The notes beneath the pieces were generated by a model. The model saw only the letters and a program-made list of their open reading frames with translations. It was not told where the DNA came from and made no database searches. DNA of 64,000 nt from Fimbriosthenelais zetlandica (Eukaryota): contig OZ365109.1 in assembly GCA_977030845.1 (NCBI GenBank), positions 57,164,001 through 57,228,000 of the forward strand, written 5' to 3'. Shown here piece by piece: positions 54,747 to 64,000 of the stretch. Position numbers and translations under genes: made by a program. How positions within the stretch are numbered: position 1 is the first letter of the stretch; every line of letters begins with the position of its first letter.

Positions 54747-57700
54747 ATCTGTCAATTAAAATCAAGAAACCCCTATTAAATCTACTGTGAACTAAGAGAA
54801 ATTTGTTAATAATAAGGAGTTATTGTCAATAGCATAGATCTTCATATCGGGCATGCATTGAACTGGCGACGTCATTCTTGCGGAGAAGTCCCACTGCAGA
54901 TCAAAATCCCCGAGGAGATTGGGACTCATGGCAGTTTCCCGCCGACAAAAATCACTCTTGAAATTTGGACAGTGGTGGTTTCCCTGTCCGGCCAGCAGGA
55001 GATTTGTGATTTTTCCTCACACACTGCGGACACCCGGACAGGGTACTGTTACAGACTGCAGCAGGGCGAATTTTTCAGAAATTTCACCTCTGCAGAACTC
55101 GAGTAAGGCCATTAATTTCTACAGTAAACAGATTTTGATTTCAACCACAGGAGACTGGTTTGCTTTGGAAATCTGTAGGGTTGTATCTCTCTTTCCACGC
55201 ATCAAACAGGGACAGGACAACGGGAAGGAAAATCATTTTCTTGCATCTCTTGTAAGGGCAATTCTATCTTATATACTTCGTGTCAAACAGTACACGCCCG
55301 CTTGGGGAATTGGCTTACCGGAAATCAATACAAAACCTTCTGGGAAAGTATATACTATATGTCTATCTATATGTGTTAGTCACATGCACATACTCAAAGA
55401 CAGCACTATAAGAAATGTTCTTGCTCCATTTCTGATAAACTCCCCAGTGGCAGTGTAGCTTCAAGCTTCTTTTTCTTTTACCATAAATGTTATTCTAGTC
55501 TAAAATATTCAAGGCATTTCCCAGTGTTATGGCACAATTTAGCTAAGCCATCTGATGACCCTTGGGATAAATTAGATGGAACTAAGTCAGGTGAATGACT
55601 TGTTCCCTTGCTGACTAACACGATGATGAATGAGTCAATTATTTGGTCAGAAGCCCTACCTGATTTACCTAAGACTCTTCCTTTCCAAATTTAGAAGCTA
55701 TCCTGGTAAGGACGCAGACATGAGTGATGCGGATCAAGATTGACAACCTATCCTCATCCTGATATGCTGCATTTTCCTGCGATCATCGTAGGCAATATAT
55801 ACATGAACATGGGTGATTACAAGTAAATGGATGAGTCATAGCAATTGCAAATCACGGCAGTATTCAAAGCCATGATCTGGAATAGATTTGAAAAAATAAT
55901 TTCTGATGAAATTCTTGGAGAATAGCCAATAAATTTCGGACAAATTCTTTATGAAAGGCCTACTTAATTTGAGGTTCCTTGGAGTTTCATGTCCAGGACA
56001 GTTGCCGTGAGTTAACAGTCCATGTTTGTGCCCACTTGGGGCGTAAATACGATTACATTACTACACACAGGGTGCATGGGAGACACTTATTATAATAGTC
56101 CAGGAACATATCCTCGGGCTTATGTGCTTTATATGGGAAAGTTAACATCATGAAATTAATGTACATGTAAATCAATCTGCAGCCTCTTGTATCCTATGAA
56201 AATGTATGAAACAGGGAGACTGTCGGGTAGGAACAAACTTTCTATTTTGAGAGGGGATGTACTTCACATTGGGCCCATCTCTCCTTGTCATGCTTGTACA
56301 AAACTGTTAACACGATACATTGATGTATATTGATATCTGTAAACGGGGCATGGGCAGTCTCCACTTATAGATGTCCACCCTGATTCTCTTGTCTTCTGCC
56401 CTGACTAATTGAGTAGAGATGCCTTCACCAAAACTACCATGGGCAAACAGGGCAATTGCTTGTTCACAAGAGGAAAGATTTATCAATATTCTATCGACCG
56501 AAAATGGAAGCATGCTTAACAGTGGAGGAACATTGGGTGGTAGGATCTACACCAGAAATAACCCCATAAGCACTGGGCACCTGCACACAGTGACATCATA
56601 ATTTGGTGGTATACCCTCCCCGACACTTTCATATACGATTTTCAATCTTTCTGGATGGAAGTCTGAATCGCTTTCGGTGATGTTCTTTTTTGGGCGAGGG
56701 TCGGTGGGTAGAGACTTGGTATTTATGGTCGGCTATGGTTGGTTGGATGTAGGGTGGGGCCATTAAATCAACACTGTAAAGCCGTCTAACGTCAGAGTGT
56801 GACCCTGGAGTCAATCCACGCTTTCTAAACAGGGTATGTGTAGCCGGGGACAGTTTAATGGAAGTTTCCTTTTTTGGTGAGACGGAGGAGCTTCTGGATC
56901 AAGGGAGCCTAATCCCTCTTGGACGCCCACGCATGGCAGGTCAATATTATCATAGAATTCCTCCACTACCACTGCCAGAGGGGCACAAGGATGTGTACCC
57001 ATTTCTTTTGACCACTTATTGGCCAAGAAAAGTCGTGTGATTAACTGGTAACTTTGTTGATCAGCAGGTATAGCTAATAATTGTAATTGAAGGTATAATT
57101 GCTGTAGGCTAATGTATAAGGATGTGATTGGGATATAATAAGGATGTACATAACTTGTTAGCAAAAGAAGACCAGTGGTCACGTTTCCTTTAACTCTTAT
57201 AAGACAATATCCTTTGAATATTAATGGGCTTTATACAAAAAACATCGTGTCAGTTCAATACAAATTGTACGTTACATATTTATATGGACGGTAGGCCTTA
57301 TTGGGACAGTAGGCCCCCTATCAACAATTGCATGATCTGTTACCCGATCAATTATGTGTAACCATTGCTATAGGTCTACATGTAATAACATATAGATGAA
57401 TAATGAATTATACCCAATGATCAGAAGTTATTGGTTAATTAATACCTAATTCCGAACGGGAAAATGATGGACTGGGTGTTCATGAGAGTTCCAAGCTCAT
57501 GCGGAGAGAAGTGTCATTTGTGTTTGTTGTAGGGACATGTCTTATATGAAATATTCCGTGTAACGTACGCCTGTACTACCGTAAGAAATATTAAATCCAA
57601 ATTAATCATGTTTCTAGGCATTTTGTTATATCTCTTCATAATCATCTTTAAGACATAAGGGATCTGTTTTCCAGATTAAGATGCCATGATATTCACGAGT

Positions 57701-59102
57701 ATAATTATAATATAGGGCTTACTATTCTAAGTTATTAAAATGAGTATTTCATAATTGAATATGGGGCCTCTGAAGTTCAATAGCTTCCAGTTGATACAGG
57801 TCGACATTGAATGTCATGTGCTATGAAGGAACTCGTGCACCACTATACTGATTCTCTGTTTGCCTATCTTGCCGCTCCATTCTTTTCTTGGATATCGACT
57901 GGAAAATATTTATCTTCAAGGAGGCGCTTGAAGGGCCATACTTGTAGTAATTGCCCAGGCTACTGCACCCACTTCTAAATCGTCTACTGTTTGCCCTTAG
58001 TTTCAATTATAGCCTATATATCAGTGTCAAGCAATCCTAAAATAGAAACAATCCAATATGTATTTCTTCCGACATCGGGATTGAAGCTAAGTTCAGCATG
58101 TGAAGACAAGGCCCATACGTGGCATAAGCAAATACTAACAGTGTATGGAACAGTGTGTATTCTTTTTCTTTTTCAAAACAACCCTTGTAACGACTTGTAA
58201 CGAGATGTAATATTAATGAGATATGCCAGCTCAATGTCAGTGATCAACATGCTTAGCAAAGGCTTCATGGTAGGCCTATGTAATTTCGTTGAAAGAGCTG
58301 GATTATGTTCTCTTTGCAGGCTCAGGGTCACTCTGAGCGCAGAAATTGTGAAAGCCAACTCCTGACATCATATTTGGATTGCAGATACATGTCTTCATCT
58401 TAGGTAAGTGACATGCGAAAGAGTTGAAATAAAAGTTGATGGTGACCAGACGGAAGTTCCCATCAAAGGATTTACGTTTATCAACTGCGCCAATGGACGT
58501 GGGCGTTGAAATATGCTAGTGGAAAGCTTGCAATTACTTCCAAATCCACGGAATCAGGGCTTTATTTCAAGTCTGGACCGTCCGCTGATGACTCGTTTGC
58601 ACAAGGTATCAGCACATGTGCATGTCATCGATCCATGTGAAATCCCAGTCATTTTAAAAGGAACACCATCAGAACGATATAAACTCATAAACACTTGCCA
58701 TTTGCTATAACCTAAAAGCATTTAAAACAATATTGCACGTAATAAAATAACTTACTTATAGGTCGGATCAGTACTAATTTCAAAATGTCTCTCCATTAAT
58801 TGGATTGTCTTCCGGGCCCAAATGCCAATTAAATTTCGAATCAATACTCATTATTGGAGTAAATCAATCCACTGAAGAAATTTGTTTTTTGAAGTTCCAA
58901 GTGATATTAATTAACTGAAGTTTTTCTGATACAGCCCCTGAATTCCACTCATAATATGCTGACAAGATTAAATTCATGGGACAATTGTCATATCATTAAA
59001 TTTTTGATAATGTAACCGACATTTTATTTGTGGAAACAGAGTATTATCTTTCTTTTATTCTCTATTAAAACCGGAGGTGAAACATTATAAGTAGGTGCTT
59101 AC

Positions 59103-59390
59103 CGTGAACTAGGTTGTCACCGAGTCTGTCAGCCTGGTTGCCCCGCCTTGTTTCCAATATAAGGCGATTTCTTCTCTTCCAGTGACCAGCGATGCTCTTT
59201 GACTGCTTACCTTCTCTGCCTTACTCACCATAGAAACATTTTCATAGTAGGTTTCATACCCCCACACACTCTCAGATCGATTGAGATCCTCGCACTGGAT
59301 GCCACTCAAACTGCTCGCGAGTTGCTCTGGTGGTCTCCTCACAGCACACACTATACAAACTGAACAGTTAGTCTCCCAAACTCTTATCTC
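59103..59390 (-). other. Probable non-coding first exon (5' UTR) of bursicon beta
   Basis: TATAAA about 30 nt upstream; three consensus donors after 59229 (gtgagt), 59211 (gtaagc) and 59103 (gtaagc). The bursicon coding exon begins with an acceptor, so an upstream exon is needed. The start coordinate is approximate. Confidence 0.45.
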
Positions 59391-59414
59391 AGCCGCTGAA
59401 AGTGCGATCTATAC

Positions 59415-59434
59415 TTTATACAGTGCTGAATTGG
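59415..59434 (-). promoter_or_regulatory. TATA box and CCAAT box, candidate bursicon beta promoter
   Basis: Minus strand TATAAA at 59420-59415 and CCAAT at 59434-59430. Confidence 0.4.
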
Positions 59435-59699
59435 CCGACTGTGCGAGGAGTGAATGGGACTTTTCCTGGAACTGGTCCTGCTCGGGCCGCGTCCTGTATC
59501 TGTTGGCAGTACTTTTTCCCCTAGCAATTTGAATGGTAATTCATGCACATTATAATATATATATCAAGGGCACACACCTGGCAGAACTGTTAATTAATGG
59601 TAATGATGTTGACAATGTGTTAGAAAAGTTACGTATAAAAGGCCTTTGAACTGCCATAAAAGTCTCCTCAGCTTGCAATGATGAAAGACTGGAGTGCCA

Positions 59700-60230
59700 G
59701 CAATACCCTTCCTGTTCTTAAGGCAATAGTTCCTGCTCTCAGTGGATGAAGTGAGGTAGGAAGGCGATGTTCCGCTGGAGGCTATGGCGGTTGGGGTATT
59801 ATTCGTCACTTGGTTGAATAAGAATCGGGCGTGGGCTCATTAGGCAATAAGATTATATCCTACAGCAAGGGTCGGGTGTGGGTGGGACGGGGGTGGGGGT
59901 GGGAAGCGCTACTGGCAAAAGGTGAGGTAGGATTACTTGTCTGCGTCTTGTGACGCTTCAGGAAGCCACCCATAGCACCGCGTTCACACACCTACAGGGC
60001 AAATTAAGACTTTAGCCAAGCCGTCATGGCTTGCTGGGCTGCCACCAAGAGCGTTGGGCCACGTGATTAACTTCATCCAACTGGCTTCCGCTCACACCTG
60101 CGCATAGCACATGGCGCCGCATGAGGTCCGCTATTTGGAAGCCTTTATGGGAGATCCATGGCTTCTCCCTGAGCATCAGGTCGCCAGGCTGATGGCTTCA
60201 GAGCGGATCAAGATATGCTGTATATAGAAT
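59700..60230 (-). mobile_element. Possible decayed CR1/L2 LINE fragment (EN-RT linker)
   Basis: Minus-strand KPWISH...R resembles the PWIT..I...R linker motif; weak. Confidence 0.25.
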
Positions 60231-63200
60231 GCATGGGGACCCCTCGATAATTTTACGATACTTTTTGTTCATTCACTTATTTTATCCATAGGCTAAAAAT
60301 AGAAAATATTACCTGACTATAATAGAAACTTGTTTCAAAAATAGAATCATTGCCGCCATGCAAGTGTATTTTTTTATCTGCTATGAAAACATATACCATT
60401 AGCAAGATCTGGGACATTTTGATGAATTGTCATGAGATTTTTGCACTTGTGCGTGAGACTGCTTAAAATATCATGCTAGTAAATAACCTAGACGTGTTAC
60501 AAAGGAAGTAACTCTACAGCTCAGAAAGTCGCTCAAGTGGCCAGTTTGCAATTGCATCTTGTTGGGTTCATCTTCTTCGTGATGAATTGTTGAAAGTGGC
60601 CTCATGTTCTTGCATACTGATCCGAAACAAGCTATGTTCTATTGGACTACTGGCAGTCGGCTTTTGGCGCAGTTGAATCCTGGATGCAGGAAAATCATAT
60701 CAGGGCTTCCCCCTCAGCAAACATTGGCACTACTAGCAGAGGCTAGGACAACCGCCCACTACCCCGTTAAGCAAACGTGAAGCACCTCACAAAATAGCCA
60801 AAAATAACCCTCGCCATTGTTATTCAATATTCTTTATCGATCGACTGTGTCCAGAAATAGAAGTGAGTATGTATCTAGAATTCCTTGTATAGTACGAACT
60901 AACATTAAGATAGTTGAGGGGTCCGGACGAAGAGGTTGGCAATGGGAGGGTCTTAAGTTGGCATGTCTCTCGTCACTGTCATGACTGTGGCGACTGATCT
61001 GCATAGGAGATCACCTTTCAACACCTATTCTTGGTGCAGTATTTCTGGGTATAATTCAGAAATGCTCACATGCATGGGCACTTGGTCAATAATAAATTCT
61101 ATATAGGCCTACATGTAGATAGCCATCTTTCTTTCTCACGGCATTCAATACAGCACGACATGAGTTGACAGGCCTGCTCTATGGCCTGCTCTATAAGACT
61201 TCATGCTCTATATAGGGTTTCTTACCATTCGGTCTCGGAACCCTAAATCCCATAGACCATGAAACTTGGACGGCGTTCACTTTAATAGTAATAATATACA
61301 AAGAAGTTTGACAACGAAATTTCTCCCAGAATTGAGCAGCGACAGCTTCAATGAGCCCTTATGTAACCCAGAGAATCATTTCAGGTGTACGTGTCAACAG
61401 TAGGCCTAAATGCATGTCTGTGAGAGACTGCAATACAGGATTTGGTGAATGGGTATCGAACACAAAATAAGGGCAGGCCCGTAACCAGTAATTTCTGTTG
61501 GAGGAGGCACACACCTGGAAAGTTTGGACCTTTTACGATCTGTCCCGATCGGTAACACCACAGAGGAGAGAAGGAGGATGTGGGTCTGTGGGAGGAAGTA
61601 ACAGTTGTACACTGCCCTACCAATTTTTATGGTTGTTTAACGTCACTTTTGAAAAAATATTTTCAGTTATAAATAGCCTATATCTTAAATATACTGCTGC
61701 CTCACTCAGGTATCATGCCGCAGGCACATGACACCATTTTCTGAAACCACTGCGATTATTGGCTGCAGGGCTCGGGGTAGTGGGGACTGTATACTAATAA
61801 TAATACTACCTCATTATTATTCAAATCAGCATACTTTGGCCACTTTTAGCATCGGTCTACCCGAAAGGTCAGCAGCAATCTTCTTGGTGGAAGATTTTCG
61901 GATATCTTTTTAATCCCAGGGATTTCTTTTCTTCCTTTAATGCATGGGCACAGTCATTAAGGCAGAAAGGCATTCAGCAACAACCATTGGGCGGCAAATG
62001 CACGGATTGCAGAAAGATCTACTCGCCAAATAGGATAGATTGTCTATGGCGACTCACATTGCGAAAATATTTTGGCTTGCATGATATGCACCAACGACAA
62101 ATCGCCTAATATCTCACATTTTTTAGGTGTTTTTAGAACACCAAATAGGATTTAACCAAATTGTGGCGAGCAGAAATTCGGGTTTCTGCAACTCGCCCAA
62201 TGTTGCATAATGACCACACACAGTGTTATATACTGAAACAGTATGCTGAAGTAATTGAGTTGAGTTGGCTTGAAGGGATTGTAGTGTGCACAATTGGTCA
62301 TTTGAGGATGCTTGCAAGCATTGTAAAATCTGTATGAAATGGAAATCGGATCTTCGACATAATGTAGGTGTGTCACCAGGGTGACCTTCATTATAAAGCA
62401 ATAACTTCATTACATGCCATAGGCATTATACGTTAATCATGTAATAGTGTAAACGGCTATACGTGCGTCACTGCATGCTCAGTATGCAGAAAATGATATC
62501 GGGATTGAAATTAATGAAGCAACATATGTAATAATTATATAATAACAATTCTCATAAAACATAAGATAGCAAAGTGCATGCCCATGGGGAGCACGTAGTG
62601 AGTGAAGAGGTGATAACAATACAGCTCACGTGTGAGGGTAAAGTGAGGTAGGGATAGCTCGGCGTGAGAGCTGGAGCATCACTTCTATCTCTGGTAAAAG
62701 GATCGTCAGAAGCCACCTCCCACACTGGAAGAGTGGCAGCAGGAGGGGGCCACCAGCGGAGCGCTGTCCATCAAGGAAAGCATCCATGGTGAATGTATTA
62801 CGTCGTCTTCAATGTACCAATCCCATCCCAGCACGGACCACTGTCTCCACTCCAAAGGGACATCCACCGCATGCCGACAAGACTGCCGTGATCAAAGAGT
62901 AACACCCCAGGTGAGTGGCAAAAGTTGTCCTATCTTGTCGCAGCTTTCAATTGATGACTACATACTATGTTGTTGTCATTATCAGCTGTCATCTGAGTTA
63001 CTTTTGGAGATATTGTGTGAATTTTAATCCAGGAAATTATAATAATTCAGGAGTACGTGGTATGTGAGAAGTTATATATGCATGTAGAAAGATTTGGACA
63101 ATAACAGGGCTCATGTGTAACAGGTATGACAGGGGTGGTCTCCATGGTAACTAAATAGATAAATAAACCACTGCCTTTATCGGCATATTTCCAACTATTA

Positions 63201-64000
63201 TAATTATATAGGCTTAATTAAGTTAAATGATAATTCATTATTATTTGCTACTACTACTCATCCAATAATTAGGAATATTTACTGCTGCTCAGTGTGTATG
63301 CGACGTCACTTACGCAATAGTAATATAAAAGCCAAACACAAACTTGTAATGAATTGAAATACAAAATTTCTAGTAAACTTTCTTCAATAGAGAATAGGCC
63401 TACAGTTAATTATTTTTCAAAATCTGTGTATAAAGCCGGGCACCCCTTTACATGCAGTGGCCATCGTTTTACGTTTTTCTTTTGAGTCCGTGTACTCATG
63501 GTTCAAGTTATGAAGGACATTGGATAGAAAGTTATCCATTGTGCCAGAGCCCCACTTGGCTAAGTTGAGAGTGTCTCTCCTGTTGGGACACTGGAGGAGA
63601 TAGTCCCCTCATACCCTCGCTAAAACGATGCATCACTTCAGCATTGAATTGTGTGGGCGGTTATTCTGGGAGTCTTGCTCATATACAGCCAGGGAGAAAG
63701 TTTGACTGGAGAAATTGATTGGAAACAGAATCGAGTTTACGTATGTTCCCAGTGGACACTGCTAGTCGTAAGTTCTCTGTAAGACCTTGGGAAGAGGACC
63801 CTAAATAGCATTGTGGGCCTGAGATTTAGTGTTCTACATATAGAATTGCTGTTGTTCTTTTATTGGTAAAGGAAGTAGGGATTTGATTCTGATAGGGTGC
63901 AGGACGGAGATAATTGGAGATTTCAGATAGATATAACCCTGGTACATGGTAGCGTCTTGTAAGTTCCATGACATAAATTATATTAAGGATGATCTGCCTC

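Noticed and set aside
54919-55458. 179-aa ORF in the ORF track
   Set aside because: No recognisable domain or codon bias; lies antisense in the presumed bursicon intron and looks repeat-derived.
61980-62195. Cluster of CTCGCC/GGCGAG motifs and an imperfect hairpin, hAT-subterminal-like
   Set aside because: No TIR pair or target duplication identified.
62700-62910. GC-richer exon-like segment ending CAG|gtgagt
   Set aside because: No good acceptor, an in-frame stop just upstream, and no recognisable product.
1-64000. CRISPR arrays, rRNA genes, prokaryotic operons
   Set aside because: The sequence is spliceosomal-intron-rich eukaryotic DNA; no repeat-spacer arrays or rRNA signatures were seen.

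Overview
Intron-rich animal genomic DNA (about 60% AT). The gene set and repeats suggest an invertebrate deuterostome, most likely an echinoderm (inference). Three protein-coding genes can be reconstructed by hand from GT-AG splice sites with consistent reading phases. (1) The 3' part of a polycystin-1-family gene that best matches PKD1L1: + strand, 30 exons from 4921 to the stop at 39781, 1920 aa in the window, covering GAIN/GPS, PLAT, 11-TM/polycystin channel and a long C-terminal tail. Its 5' exons lie upstream of the window. (2) A complete wolframin (WFS1) gene: + strand, 5 coding exons, 49120-53378, 822 aa. (3) A complete bursicon-beta cystine-knot neurohormone gene: - strand, 2 coding exons, 54746-54144, 137 aa, 11 Cys, convergent with WFS1. 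Introns and intergenic DNA hold an LTR-like end, decayed LINE fragments and a PIF/Harbinger MITE. At about 41.9-47.1 kb there is a cluster of three copies of an unclassified non-autonomous element. Each copy ends in an outward-pointing tRNA(Asp)-like Pol III cassette, two copies are head-to-head, and one is interrupted by a 1366-bp TTAA-flanked (Kolobok-like) transposon. No CRISPR array, rRNA gene or canonical tRNA gene was seen. All homology calls come from motif recognition, not database searches.
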